A DNA stretch of 64,000 bases from Basidiobolus meristosporus CBS 931.73 (GCA_002104905.1 MCFE01000159.1:62001-126000); one strand, 5' to 3'; shown: positions 35,285 through 49,298, numbered from the stretch's first letter. The notes: generated by a model from the sequence alone, not told the origin. Numbers and translations: made by a program.

Positions 35285-37231
35285 CTTACTACAGCTGGAT
35301 GGCAAGACTTGCGGTTGTTAGACGGTGATTTCAGAACGAAAATCAGAACAGTGACCTGTTCAAGCAATTCTTCGAGTTACTTGGAACGTGGTTGATGATA
35401 TTAAAATTAATTAGCGATTATGGTTTGTGGAAGTTGGATGCGGTCGGGAGTTGAGCTTGAGCAAGGAAAGGGCAGGTCTATTTAAGCAGCTTCATGCACG
35501 ATACACATCCGAGTCTGATCCAGCCGATGGGGCTCGACAGAAGCAAGACAAAGTTCTAGGGGTCTCGTATTTCCAACCAAGTACAACAAGAGTAAGTAGT
35601 GTCAGTGGTTACCGAAAAGACTTTCAGTGCTTGGATGTCTTAGCCAGATAAAACCAACAGATCCAACCAACAATACGATCTACAAAGCGTAGAACAAAGT
35701 ATACCGATCCTCGAACTAAATTTGGTATATTTACGTCAAGTAGTCTTGCTGCACATTGTGCAGATGAGATTTACCGCCAAACCTTCCAACCAGTTACAGT
35801 TGTTCCTTGAGCAAATGTTACTTCATCAATGGACTCTCGTTCCACGACCACAATCAAAGTTCGATCGTCTGCAATGGAAAGCTCCCCTGGTCTTAGGGTC
35901 AAGCAACTAACCATACGAATTCCGGATGCCCCTTTACCTTTCCGTCACTTGATTGACAATACGCCATATCCAATCTCTCTGTGGCTGATTGGATTTTAGG
36001 AAATAGTACGTACCTCAGCTTGTGATCAAACCTGTGTGAAACTTTGTGCTTGCCCATTTCACACAGTATCAACAAAAAGTGTCTATTCAGCATGCGTATT
36101 GCCCGAACTCTGACTGATGGGCAGTTCTCCTAGAGACGGGCTCTGAACACATCAGACTCGATCCTACGTAACACCACCAAAGACTGCTACGGGAAGGTCT
36201 CCACCGTGCTGATTAATCCGCTTTAACAACCAATCCTGGTCCTAGGGAAATGGATGATTGGCTCCACATGCCCGCATGCTCCAATAATGGTCAAGAATAG
36301 CTGTCGCAATAGTGCAACTCGATTGAAGGAGGACGGGTGTCTGCCCACATTGCCTGTCTCCCAACAACAGGCATATCTTCGCTCGTCAGAGCACCTCACC
36401 AAGTTGCCAATGATCGAGAGCCTTCTGCCCTTTGGCGTGGCATAGATGACAGACAACCAGTAGTAATAACGACCTCATAATCCCACAGGGGACCCTATGT
36501 CCAGTTCTAAAACCTTGCGAATTGTTGTACAGAGTCTTACTCTGGTTGACTGATCAAGGTGGAATGAGCAGAGTGCATGCCTTTGCCGATGTATTTGGAT
36601 GCATCTGGACGCAGCTCTAAGGAACCTTTGTAGGAATGCGGCTATTAGTTTCAATCTGAATCCCAGTGAGAACTCTTCAGAGGTTTCTCTGAGGAACTAT
36701 AACCTTGCATTGAATCGGGCATTTTGCGGCGAGGTTACACGAATCCCCGAATAGAGAGCCATTACTGATGAAATACCAGGCATAGGCTATTGCTCTTTGT
36801 ATGCGTCAACTTCACGAATAGGAGGCCTGGATATCAAGAAATAATTCGACGTTCGTGCAACCGGAATTCTAGTCCTTCCAAATTGGTGTGATCTCCAGCT
36901 TGGAGTCCCCTTTTACAATAACGACCGATTGATTCGGTTGATGGACACTTACATTAGGTCCCTTGTTACGCTTAATTTTCCTAGCGATGCACATTGGTCA
37001 TGAAAATTGATGAGTTGCCTGGTATGGTATCCTCATCTTCATTCCACTCTTTAGCATTATCGTTTATCCTATTCCTCCTTTCTCTTAGAGTCACCCAGTG
37101 TGATTGAGCCTTATATTTCTACCTCAACAACTCTTTCTTTGTAACATACCTGACACATCTCTATAGCCTTCCCTATATTGTTCTAGTGGGACAAACCAGC
37201 ACTGCATCTCCTACATGAATCTTAGCTAATA

Positions 37232-40200
37232 ATGAAGCAGCCAATCCAACCCCTAACCATTAATACAGAACGGGATGACCGTTCTACGATTGGAAGTGCT
37301 GGACACTCCCCATATGATGCTCAAAGCGACTGCATCATGTCTCCTGAAACTCCAGATGAAAACATTGATTTTAATTTAGTCTACGCTTTATTTGCTTTTG
37401 AAGCCTCAGTTGAGGGCCAAGCAAATGTAATCCAAGGAGAATCACTGATGCTTCTGGATGATAGCAATTCCTATTGGTGGCTGATTCGAGTATTGCGAGA
37501 CAACAGTGTGGGCTACCTTCCGGCGGAGAATATAGAGGTCAGAAATCATGCCTTGATATACGCGCACTCTCACGTTTCAATGTTGAGAAAGTTGCGGAAG
37601 GCAGTCATACCCCGGAGCCTATACTAAACAAATTCTCTAGACACCCTACGAGAGATTGGCTCGTTTGAATAGACATCGTAATCAAAAGGTAGCGCGGGGA
37701 TTCTATGAGGTCAATCCCGTACTTGATACTAACTGTCCCTTTCGATGAAAAAGCTTGTTACACTGGATTCCGACCTGATTGAGGCAAACAGTAGCCGTCT
37801 GGCCTTGCGCCCTCCAAACAACAAAAACGTATCATTTCAGACGCCGTTTATGCCAGAGATATTAGGCGATTCGGACGACGATTATTATACCGACGATGAG
37901 GATGATGACAGTAGCAGGGAAGGTAATAATAAGAAAAGCCATCTTTTCAAAAAATTCTTTGGAGGTAATTCAAAGAAGCAAAAGGCGACTTCTCAAATAT
38001 CAAATCAAATAGATTCCCCAAGGAATACCACAGTTACCTCTGATGTTAACTCCTCTTTCTACCATCTAGATCAGGTTAGTTGCTTGTTTAGCAATCCCTT
38101 GTGTGCCTCGCTTTATTAATGTTGTGTATATTATGTGTTTTACGAACAAGGTCCAGAAGTTATCGTCAGTCGATATTTCCATGTCTTCAAACCCAGAGGC
38201 AGTAGAAATTCTTACCGTTCATACGGGAAATATCGATCTCAGTGCTTCCTGGAAGCCAGTGACAACGAGCAATCAAACGGTGATTCTGGATATGATAGAG
38301 GAGGCTTTGGAGATGTTTAGCCTGGAAGAATGCACCTCGTCAAACTACTATGTGGTTGTATACGATTCAGAAGAGCAAGGTACTTTCCAGTATAGTTGTT
38401 AGTCGTTGAGTGGCGTTCTAAATGCTTCCCCCCTGTATCGACCCATCTTAGCCGTCTATCGGTTGGACGATTACGATGACCCAACCGAAGTAATTGAATG
38501 CATTCACGAGGGAACCTTTCAGGTGCCGACGAAAAACAGAATCCAGGACACTCTTTATATGTACCTCTCCAGCCACCTTACCACCACTGCTAGCTTGCCC
38601 AATGCTACCAACAGCACTAGTAGAGCCCATCCACTGACCTTTTATCTGAACCGCAAGCTTCGCACAGTCCGAAAAGACGAAGATATCGTTCTCAGATTTC
38701 CTATACAAATGATCGCTCTTCAAGAAAGCGGACAAAGTCAGAACAGGATGTGTATCATCAAAGCCAAACCTTCCACCATGGTTGTGGACTTTCTAAGATT
38801 GGCATTAAGTGAGCTAGATATTAGTGTCGACGAAGCTACTCAGTTGAGTAGTGAATATCAAGTATCGCTGAGTACATCAGATTTCGGTAATAATGCAAAG
38901 CTCATGCCACTCTTCAGGTTGCTCTAGTCAGTCCATTTCTAACTAGTTTTTTCCCTCTGTGAAGAGCGTCCACTGCCCTTTGATAGTACTTTGACTACCG
39001 TTTTCCAAGTGATCCTAGGTTCGGATGTGGATCACGACAATGAGGATATCCTGTTTGTCGTCCGTAAGAACTTCTCCCCCAAAGTCAGCCCGCTTTCACT
39101 GATTGGTGAGAATATCGTGACCTCTCAAACCCTGATAGATTATAAGCAGCACACAGTGCCTGTGATTGAAGAGACCTACGACAGCGACTCGGAAGAAGTG
39201 GAAAGCTTCATGGAAGACCTCGAGGCCGTGAATGGGTCAAAGTTGAGCGTCCATCAAATGAGTATCCGACTTTCCATCGTCGAAAATGACAAGGATGATA
39301 TTAGCGAAGTGCTTGATGATGTGATTAACGACTACAATGACAATGAGGAGGAGGGTGATGATGGTGATGATGAGCCTAGCGCACAGACAGAAAAGCCTAC
39401 GAGCAGCCATTCAAAGGAAGACAACTCGACAGTCCCACAACACCCAGGCACCAACGAAAATGCCTCTCCCCATCCCAGGCCGAATGAGCTAGCAGAGATT
39501 ATTTCGGAGCACGTGGATATTACTCCAGAATCCACAAAGATGCAGACATCCATGATTACTGGTGCTGAGGAGCCAACGAAGGAAGTGGTCACTAGACGAA
39601 TGGGAAGCCATGAAGATATTCGTCCAACTTCTATGGAAATAAAGACACGCGCCATAGTCAGCTCAGTATTGCGAAGAATAGCTCCGCCCCCGAATTCACC
39701 GCCACCCCCCAACTTGATTGCGCGCCGGAAGAACTCTAGCCCACAAATTCCCATCAACGATGCCAACAAGGCTGCTGTTCAAGAGGACACCGATGAACAA
39801 ATCATTGCTGATCTAATCATCAATACGCAGCTTATTAAGACTGTTTGCAGTGAGGAGATGGCTGAAGATGTTCCATTGGCAGACCTGCACGGCCACCAAA
39901 TCATGGACAAGCACAGCTACTTCACAAGCTCGGAGTCCCTCATCGAAGCGGTTGGCCTAGCAACCCAGGAAGAAGTCACAAAGAACCCTCCTGTAGATCA
40001 ACCCATGGAGAAGCAAAACGCGATTTTAGACATCTCACCTCGCGCGGACAATAGCCAGCCGCAAAACGAACAGCATGCGGATGGTGGGGCAGCTTTAGCT
40101 CAAGCTGCCGATACGAAATCATCTAATATTACGGTCGAGATTGTGCACGACAGCAAGCCCAGGCAAAGCTCGGGAGATTCACCCATTGCTTATCTGGAAG

Positions 40201-40887
40201 AATATCTTGGTACAATGAGGAGTCAATCAGTGAGGCGTAAGAACAAAGATGATAAAAAGGTCGTGAAATTGGAGGAGATCCTGGGGAGAACAGCACCTTC
40301 CAGGCTAGTTGCTGGGAAAGCTGCTGAGTCGGATAGTATGCAGAATAACTCCACCCAGCAAACACCGGCAAGCTCTTCTCAAAACACACAGTCTTTAGTC
40401 CCTGCGCCATCGCAACCCACCAACAACCATAAAGAATTGCGGCAGTCGCCAGACGCTCCTCGGCCTGACTCCGCATCATCCAACGCCGAAGGATCCGTAG
40501 CGACAGACTCCTCTGGCCTTAACTCCCAAGCATGTAAATTATTGCCGCTCTACAACATCCAGCAGACAAACGACTCTGGAGTTGCCCTATTTTACAATGA
40601 TGATGAAATCAACAACCTAATACTACTGGTCAGAGGAGCGGTTCGTTTCGATTATGACCATGGCGAAGCCGATGGCTCACTGGATCCTAGGGAGTTTGAT
40701 CAAGGAGAAAGCATTAACCAAGAAGTTCGAAACATATTTGCCTCGACTGAAGAACATTTGCGGGAAATTGAGCAGGTATTCAATAACAGCAATAGTGCGT
40801 CAATTTACTCAATATTCGACGTTGTTAATATGCTATTTATGGTAGGAACTCGACCAAGTAATGACCGCAATTGTCAATGTCTTCTGA
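37232..40887 (+). CDS. Tea4/Bud14-like polarity protein: SH3 domain, RVxF motif, RA-like (ubiquitin-fold) region, long disordered C-terminus
   Basis: IDFNLVYALFAFEASVEGQA...LLDDSNSYWWLIRVLRDNSVGYLPAENIE|TPYERLARLNRHRN is the Tea4/Bud14 SH3 signature; KNVSF is a candidate PP1-docking motif; last exon ELDQVMTAIVNVF* ends at 40887. Confidence 0.82.
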
Positions 40888-41687
40888 GTAGCCAGACAGA
40901 TTATCCAAGTACAAATACACCATCTTTATTCCGATTAACCCTATTCGAAGTTTACCTCCATGATACATGAATAATTTTATGTCGTAGAATACCGCAATAC
41001 ATTATGTAAAATTTGTGAACTATTTTGGAACCGCTGGCTATGCCTAACATCCTATTGCCATAATAAATACGAGTCAATTTACACCTACGAATCATCGAAG
41101 CGGCAGCCTTTGTATCATTGGCCACCACTAGCCAAAATAGGCAGCTGCCTTTCAAAGGACTTGTCCATTATTAAGCAGCGCTTTCAGCCTACGACCTGGA
41201 ACCCTCCATCCTACCTCAATATGGGCAGGCGACAGAAGGTTGTTCACAGCATCAGGGCTTGTGATATGGCTACCAGTCGGAATGGGTGCTCGAATAGAGG
41301 CTCCATATAAGCAATACAGTATAGGTATCATATAGGAGCAAGCGTGAAGTTTCCTGTGAAATCGGTGATAATTAGGAACGGATTGCGGCTTTACTGCGTT
41401 CCTTTGGGATGGAGAGAGGATTCGACAAGGCCGCAGCATTCCTCAAAATTCACATCTAACAAGAGCGATGTGAAAATCCAGGCGGCCTTTCCTGCCAGTT
41501 TACGCAAGTGAGTGCGGCGGATTGATCAACTGCGGTATAAAGATAAAGGATATTTTATGTTCAGGCCGATATGCGTTCTTCTTGCTCTTGTTTTTCGCAA
41601 TTGGATTGCTCTTGCTCACTGCTTTCCCAACTGGCAATCCTCAGTCCAGAGTAATACTATTAGTCTTTCCTACATCCATCGCTCCCT

Positions 41688-42506
41688 ATGTATTCCACCA
41701 ACTCCACCGACCCTACTACCAGAAAGTATCCCGAGTGTGAAGCCCGGGGGGACTTATCAAGGAGGGTCGTTACAAAGGCTCGCCATAGTAAACGTAAATT
41801 CGTGGAAAACTTGGTTGGTAAGATAATAAAGCATTTGGCAGTAGACAGTACGCCGGCCTTCCTTGTATTCGTGGTAGATATTAACCGATTTCTCCGCATC
41901 GTAGACGTATCCGCCATTGTCATCGAGTCTCTTTGGACATGCTCGCCAAGCTCCAACTCCTCCACCCAGATATTAGGGCTGAGGGGATTTATCCGAGAAA
42001 CGCTCAAACGGTCGAAAACCACATTCTCCACTCTTCTCACTGCCCTCATTTACGTTCTACGAATCAAAGAGTACATCCCCCGGACAGACAACGTTGTTAG
42101 CAGCGAAACTGCGTCGGGCTCACTGTTGGGTAAACCGCTTGGTGCTGTTCCTGACGAGATAGATGCCCAGTCTTTTATGCTGGTCAGATGCGGAAGAAGA
42201 ATGTTCTTGGCTGCACTCATTCTAGCTTCGAAGTTTCTGGTTGATCAGAGTTGCTCGATCCGTGGCTGGGCAAGGATCACGGGGCTCGCGGTCTCGGAGA
42301 TCGCGGCTTGTGAGCTGACACTTCTTCATTTGCTCGACCACCGCCTCTTCGTATCTTGTGCAGTATTCTCACGGTGGTCCACCTTGCTCTTCGACCAACA
42401 CCGAGTCCCTAGCCAGACCCAGGGCGGTGAGGTTGGCGAGGGCAAGACCCCTGCCCACCAGGCGTTGCCTCTATCTACACCTACGGTTTTATTCGGCCAA
42501 CACTAG
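41688..42506 (+). CDS. Pho85-type (Pcl family) cyclin
   Basis: Cyclin box FIRETLKRSKTTFSTLLTALIYVLRIK...CGRRMFLAALILASKFLVD...WARITGLAVSEIAACELTLLHLLDHRL; probable in-frame GT-AG intron near 41818-41904. Confidence 0.85.
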   Translation: MYSTNSTDPTTRKYPECEARGDLSRRVVTKARHSKRKFVENLVGKIIKHLAVDSTPAFLVFVVDINRFLRIVDVSAIVIESLWTCSPSSNSSTQILGLRGFIRETLKRSKTTFSTLLTALIYVLRIKEYIPRTDNVVSSETASGSLLGKPLGAVPDEIDAQSFMLVRCGRRMFLAALILASKFLVDQSCSIRGWARITGLAVSEIAACELTLLHLLDHRLFVSCAVFSRWSTLLFDQHRVPSQTQGGEVGEGKTPAHQALPLSTPTVLFGQH

Positions 42507-43386
42507 CATCCCCCGGGGTCTCGAAGTCCAATCGAGCGCCCGTGAGCCCCATAATATTCAGTCAGGCAAAGTTTGAGAATAGGTTTCGTTGTAACTGCTC
42601 ACCCAGTAAACAATTCACTTTTCTTTTTTCTGGCATCCAACTTGGGCCACACCAATTATGTACAACTACTTTGAATATACGCAAATCATTCTGCAACTGT
42701 TGATTCGAATCCATGGATCACCGGATTCCATTTTCGTTGCCACATTCCTATTCAACAGCATCCAATCGGGTGGCACTTCGCCCAAAGAAAGAACATTCAG
42801 CAAGGAGTAAACTATGATCAAGGGATTCTTGTTGCACGACCCTAAGTGTGGAGTTTGGAAAGCAGGCGCAAATAGCCTGATTGCAAGCCAACCAGATTTG
42901 TCGCCATGACAAGCTCAAGCGTTGTGCGCATAACGAGACCCATATGGGAGGTTTGAATTCCCGGTGTTCGCTGCGGCTGATCCAGGGCTGTATGGGGGGT
43001 TGGTCACCTTGTCTCATTCGGGTTAGGGACGAATGCACTGTCATGGTGTGCCCTAGTTACTCAGCATCCACTAACTAAGTATCCGGAAATCTGGCAAGAT
43101 CGTAGAAACGTTCTAAACATTGTGCTTGGTTCAGGCTACTGGAGATCTGACTTCCAATAGATTGGATCAGGATCCTTGCCATGGCCAGAGGGATGAGTCA
43201 GCAGGAAGTGTTCAACAATCTCGAGCCAAGTGCTGATTTGTAATCACCGGTCTAGTCTCCACATGCACAAACAATCAAGAAAGGTTTGGGCTTCGTTGCA
43301 GGCATATCTGGCCAAAACAGGTCGATAAGGTTCTCACGTTTAGGAGATCTGACTGTCTCCACAATAAATTCATCACGAGAGACAGC

Positions 43387-43394
43387 TATAAATA
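43387..43394 (+). promoter_or_regulatory. Candidate TATA box of the MOSC gene
   Basis: TATAAATA about 120 nt upstream of the ATG at 43511. Confidence 0.35.
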
Positions 43395-43510
43395 TACCAC
43401 GTCCATGGCTTATTTGGAGTAGCTAAACAGTAATACAAGTAGTGGTGCCCAAACCATCATCTGCCTCCTCGATCAATCCTCTATCAACTGTATTTCCGCA
43501 CCAGAAAAAA

Positions 43511-44717
43511 ATGACAAACTGCGTAGTCACCGGTATACATATTTACCCCGTCAAATCCTGCAAAGGGATCTCGGTAGACGGCGCGACCATCAGTCGCAGT
43601 AAGTTGTTCACTCCGCCGATGCAACTTCGTATTAGACCTTTTCGCTGATCCTTTTACCAAACCAGCTGGCCTGCTTCACGACCGTTTCTGGATGATCATT
43701 GATGAGAAGGACAAGTTTGTGACCATCAGAGAGCAACCCAAGGTGTGTGTGTTCTCGTTGCGGCTCGCAGTTACTTCCCCTTACTAACCCTGACCCATGC
43801 AGCTTGCCTTGGTGAACGTCGAGATTGTCCTTAACTCAGAGACTTCCGAAAAGGACCACTTGAAGCTCTCTGCTCCCGGGATGGAGCACACTGTAGAGTT
43901 GCCGCTCCAACCAGAGTATGTTTCCCACCATTCTCTCGAGTTCTTTGCTGCTTTCTCATCCCTTCTTCGTACCTTGAAGGCCGGAGGTCTACGCTACTCC
44001 GGAGATCAAGACTGCCGTATTCAAAGACACGGTCTTTGTTCATGTGGCCAGCAAGGAAGCTTCTCAATGGGTATCGGATTATCTCGGCGTCCCCGTTCGA
44101 GTAGTAGTCAAGAGCCGCGTTGTTCGTGCGGTGACCGAGTTTATGCCCCCCAAAGAGGAGTTCGAATACGAACCAGAGGTATGTCTCGTTCATATCCCTC
44201 CGGAGCCATTGGGCTCAGCCCGCGTCGCATAGTTGATTTACACCCCTTCGAATACAGACCGCATTCGCCGACGAGTATCCTATCAACATGGTATCCGAGG
44301 AATCCCTAGAGGACTTAAATACCCGTCTCGAGGTCCCCGTGCAGATCCGTAACTTCCGACCCAACATTGTGATCCGCGGATGTGCCAGCTACGAAGAGGA
44401 TTCCTGGAAACGGATCACCATCGGGGAGAAGGAGTTCTTCGTGGTCTGCCCGGTTGCCAGATGCCAAATGCCCAACACGGATTTTGACAAAGGGGAGCGC
44501 ACCAGTCTTCAGCCCCTAAAGACCCTAATGAAATACCGTCGTGTGTTCGAGAAGAAACCTTACCACGCGTGTTTCAGCGTGAGTCTTGCGCCGGTCAAAC
44601 TTGGTACGTTCCCAACTCTTCATTCCCATATCCATCCCACCAACTGACCCGGTTTCCCTTTCTGTAGGCGGTGAGATTCGTGTAGGTGATGTGGTGAAGG
44701 TATTGGAGACTAAATAG
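43511..44717 (+). CDS. MOSC domain protein (mARC/YcbX-like molybdoenzyme), multi-exon
   Basis: IHIYPVKSCKG, DRFWMIID, FADEYPINMVSEESLEDLN, RNFRPNIVIRG, CPVARCQMPNTD, GEIRVGDVVKVL*; five GT-AG introns. Confidence 0.92.
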
Positions 44718-45187
44718 ACCTTACTCCAGTATCAGTTGCCAGCCCTATTCTTTCTTTACCACAGATGGTCACGTCTCCTTCGATGCTTCCTGATGTTTGG
44801 CACCAGCTCAATTGGTTTTTGTATCTGGCCAATGTGTCTGAGCAATCATTCTAATGGATACTAATATATCAACTAAATAAATATTTGCTATTTTGCCTGT
44901 CATGCGTGGATACTGCCACTGAGATAGCGATCTAGTCGTTCCTGGAACATGCCATAGGGGGCTGGTTGATGGTGGATATACTCGGGACATCTTTATTGTG
45001 TGTGGGTCGGTGGAGGGAGGGGTAAATGGCTTAACAGAAGGGTGGGACTCGAGTTTCAGGCGAGGACGATGGTGGTTATAAGTATACGGGGATGTTTAAC
45101 CTCTGTTGAGGGAGGGAGGGGAGAATTGTCAATGGGATCAGCAGTTCCGAAAATCCAGTCCGGATGCGTCGATGGGTTCCGCGTGGC

Positions 45188-48089
45188 TCAGTTGGTGATG
45201 TTTCGAATGGTGCGGGTCAACGGCTTGAGTCTTTTGGAAAACTTGCTAGACTTGGTGGGGGTGGAGACTGGAGTGGGGCCGGTCTGACCGGGATACTTGC
45301 TGGAGTCGGGTTTCTCCCTATCCGAGGTGTCGTAACGACGTTGCTTCAGGAGCTCCATTAGCTCCTCCGTGGGGAACGAATCCTCTTGCCCGATGGATTT
45401 TTCCCGGATAAGCTGGGGAGGGGGAGGGGGCAGCGGGGGTGGATTGAGCATGTGATTTAGCCTACCGCTGGAGGAGATTTTTCGGAGTCCCCGCAGGCTT
45501 TCGGCGCTCTTACTTGGCCTGGGGACCTTGGAAGTCATCGGGTGGCGGATGCCGGTGTTGAGCGGGATCGGCGAAGAGATCTCCAATCCGGAAAAGGAGA
45601 ATTCGTAATTGGGAGACCCTTCGGCGGGAGGGGTTCCGAGGGCGTAGCGTGCTCGATGCAAATTCGGCAATGACGGCTTGCGCGAGCCAAGCTTGGATTC
45701 GCCATGATCGTACTTGCTGGGGGAGTGGCCAAGGTTAAAGTGCAGGTGATGTTTGATGGTCCCCAAGGCATCTCGGATTCCACTAGTGTTCTGCTTTTCC
45801 CAGTTGCTCTCCTCTTCCATGGCGCTATGATACGACGAGGAGGTAGACAGGGTGGACCCGGTGTTGGATGTAAAGGAGAAGGCCGCTGCTCTGTCGGCCG
45901 GTTTATCGTGGCCTTTCTTGGGCTCCCGGATCTTACTAATCTCGTCCACCTGGCGCTCAGACATCCATAGCTGGCAGAGAATATGGTGCAGTATCACCTG
46001 TTGGGTGGTGTATATACTATCCAGCTCCTTCTTCTTTCGTCGCCCGTTCACCGATCTCTCGTGGCCCGACGGATGGCCCTGATTTTCCGAGGAGAGCGAG
46101 TTGGTGCTGAAGGTGAAGAATTTCGACTTAGACTTCAAGAAGTTGGGCGGTGGGTCGGGTGGATATTTGGGACCCGCTAGATAGCACCGGAGCACCGCCA
46201 GTAAGGTTTGCACCCGGGGGTCTTCCTCAAGACGTGCTGTCGAGTTCGATTTCCCTTTGGTTGGATTCACACTGGGGGTGCCGGGCGTCGTAGTGGCCGC
46301 GTTCGCTCCGGATTTCTTCGTGGCGGCCAAGAGGTAGGTGATGTCCATGATGAACACACCGAGGAACGGGATGGTGGGCTTGGTGAGCGGGAGGATGTGC
46401 TTCGAGGCACTAGTGTCTGACAGCATATCCCCACCTATGGTGATCTCCCGGTACTTCCCATAGTTGTTATCCTCGCTCATCAGTTCCCGAAGAGAGTCCA
46501 GCCGCGACAGTGATTTCTTGGGGATGCACGCCCACGTACGTTTCAGCCTTTCTACTGGCGGAGTCCCGGTGGCACTTAAGACAGCCTTCAACGTCTGGAA
46601 ATTGTTTAGGTCGTACAGTCGGGAAGCGATCCGAATCCAATGGTTCAGGATTTGCGCCCGGTGGGACGCCTCCACTGGAGACAGAATGGAGATCTCGATG
46701 ATTCGCGTCAGGTAGTTGAAGAAGTCGGTCGAGGCGACAATGGCGGGGTGCGGGCTCCGCGGAGAATGCGTCAGGACTGCATTCGGCGGGATCCGCTGGA
46801 ACAACGCGGACTCGATCAAGGTGAGCTGGTAGGCCACCAGACGAGGAGAAAAGGTGTAGATGGTGGTGGAGGTGGTGGCCAATTGGACCAGGTTATTGAT
46901 CTTCCCCAGGGTCGACTGCGTCTCTGTGATGGTCACATTCAGGCTCTGGGCTTTCTGGAACATGGCCAGGTCCTCTTGGTTCGTATCCGGCTGCTCCGAG
47001 TCTTGCGTGGGTGTAGCGTGGGTTCGGCAGACGTTGTGCAATGCCACCATCTCAGTGTTGATGGCCTCTAATTTCTCGCTCAGCATGTGGTAGCTGCTAA
47101 GCAGCGGGGATTTCGGAATCGACGGGACGTGGTCGGTCTCAAGGACACTTTCGTCCGCTTGTGCCGGCACAAGATTCAACGGATCTACACTTCCTTCGGG
47201 AACGATGTGAATATACGTTTGTTGCGGAAGGATCATGTTATTAGGTATGGACAGTACGGGCGCCTTGTGTGGGTGAAAGTTAGGGGACTCTGGCGGGGAG
47301 ATGGCGGAGAACAATCGGTTCTCCGGGGATTCGTCGCATGTGGAGAAGAGGGGGGACTCTGGGGGTGAGATGGCTGAAAACACTGCCTGGTCCGGGGAGT
47401 TTGGGGTGGTGGACTGGTCCGAATCGTCGCAACTCCAATCTTGGCACGCATCCGCAGTTAGTTGGTGCTCAGGTTCAACCAGCATCTTCGAAACCAATAC
47501 ATACCATAATTCTCATCGCTGAACACCGGCAAAGGCTGGGAATCGTCATGGACGATGGCCAGCCGTCTTAAATACTTCGTTGTGCCAACTCGCTTTCTAG
47601 GAGTGGTCATTTGATATGTTGTCTGGATCTCCACCTTCCCGTTGGTATCAGGCTGAGGCGTATCCTGTGGGGACTGGGGCGGAGGTTGAAAGGCTCGCCG
47701 ATGGGTGTCAACGTTGATAGAATGCTGCTGTATAATCGCCTGTGCACCGGCGACCGATTTTTGGCAGGACTCGAAGAGATGATTTACTGAGCGGGGCTTC
47801 TTGATAATCACTAAAGCATTGAGTGTGGTTCAGTTGTCCGGACAGGCGCAGACACGCAAGACTTGCTCCGACTTACCCTGGTTCTCAAAAACAACGGTTT
47901 TCAGGCTATTTGCAGCAACCTCCAAGGCATATAGGTAAAGAAAATAGGCCTCCTATGGTTACAAGGGCCAGTGTGGCTCGGTTAGCTTAGGCTGGCAGCC
48001 CCAACAATACAAGCAGCCTGGTCTACCTCAAACCCCCCGTCACCTTGGCTGGTGGAGGCCTTCGTCAGAAGTTGTTGTATCTCGTCCAT
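45188..48089 (-). CDS. CDC25-type RasGEF with an N-terminal MIT-like three-helix domain
   Basis: Catalytic motifs VAYQLTLIESALF, WIRIASRLYDLNNFQTLKAVLSA, LMSEDNNYGKYRE, PTIPFLGVFIMDITYL. Upstream exons (ATG 48089) splice by GT-AG to give MDEIQQLLTKASTSQGDGGFE|EAYFLYLYALEVAANSLK. Confidence 0.85.
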
Positions 48090-49298
48090 CCAGAAGATTG
48101 AATAGGTGAGGAATATTCGTCACTCTCCAGCACACCGGGAAATGTTTGGAAACAACGGGGAAGTGGGGTGTCGGTGGGGTTCTGAAGTGCAACGAGAATC
48201 GCGCGAACAATATGCTATGAGGGTAAACTAAAAGTGGGACGGTGCTAAACGGAGAAAAGTGCTGGCTGTACGAAGCAGGAAAAAGGATTTCCAAGGTAAA
48301 TTGCCACCCAAAAGGAAATAATAATACCAACTCGAGGAAACAATGGTCAAGAACAATGAGCAGGGTCGGTGGAGAAAAATCCGTTAGCAATAGGGTGATT
48401 TCAATCTTAAATCGTAATTTAAAATAGCTATGCGATCAACATATAGCCGATATACGGATCGGTGGGTTGGATATCGTGGATTCTATTCGACCCACGCCAA
48501 CTGAGGGAACAGTCAGTGTGGGTTGTGTTTGGGTTGGTTGAATGCGTGTCGCTTATTTATCATTTCTTCGGTCCAAGCTGAGCTAATGTACAGGAGGTTC
48601 AGTCATATGTGACTAGGCTTTTGTTGAGATGCGAGATTTCCTTGAATGAGAACGGCTTGCTACTGCTGATTGGTGGGGCTGAGGTGCCTATCGAGTTCAT
48701 TGGCAGATTCCCCGCGATTGATTGTCTAATCGAAGCCATCTGGTTGTGGTTGGGTCATCTGTGAGCAGCTGGGTTGATGTCATCTAATCCATGACATGTT
48801 TGGAGCCGATCACAGCCAGGTTCTAATCCCGTAGTACAGTGGCGGAATAATTTTGGCTTTCCAACCACACAGTGCTTATTTTTACACAACCAGGTTTGCA
48901 ATGGATGAGGTACAGCAAGCTGCATTTCAAGCATGCGTTCGGTCGTCAGCTGAACCGGAATGTGCGATGCCCTTTGTGTGGCGATCGAAGCCAACCAGTG
49001 TGCTGGTCTACGGTCTTCACTTGAGCAAGTTTATTGAACATACAAGGGCTGTATTGCACAATGTTCCTGGCATTGATCAGCAACATAGGTCGCACATGCT
49101 TGCGTGACTGGCTAACCATTTGGATGCCTCGTATGAACACCAGGGTGAGTGCCATCCGAGTCAGAAACGGGTACTGTGAACTCCTCCAGCATAGACACTA
49201 TGTCTCCCGTTGCCTGGCATCTATGGTGGCAACTCACTGTCACAAACAAGGGACAGCGTACATTCAGGGTGAATGTGTCTTTACTTATCAATTGACTG

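Noticed and set aside
35722-36950. Short ORFs upstream of the SH3 gene
   Set aside because: No motif or splice-consistent model.
42700-42722. GATTCGAATCC resembling a tRNA T-loop
   Set aside because: No D-arm, anticodon arm or acceptor stem can be folded upstream. No tRNA, rRNA, snRNA or CRISPR array was found in the window.
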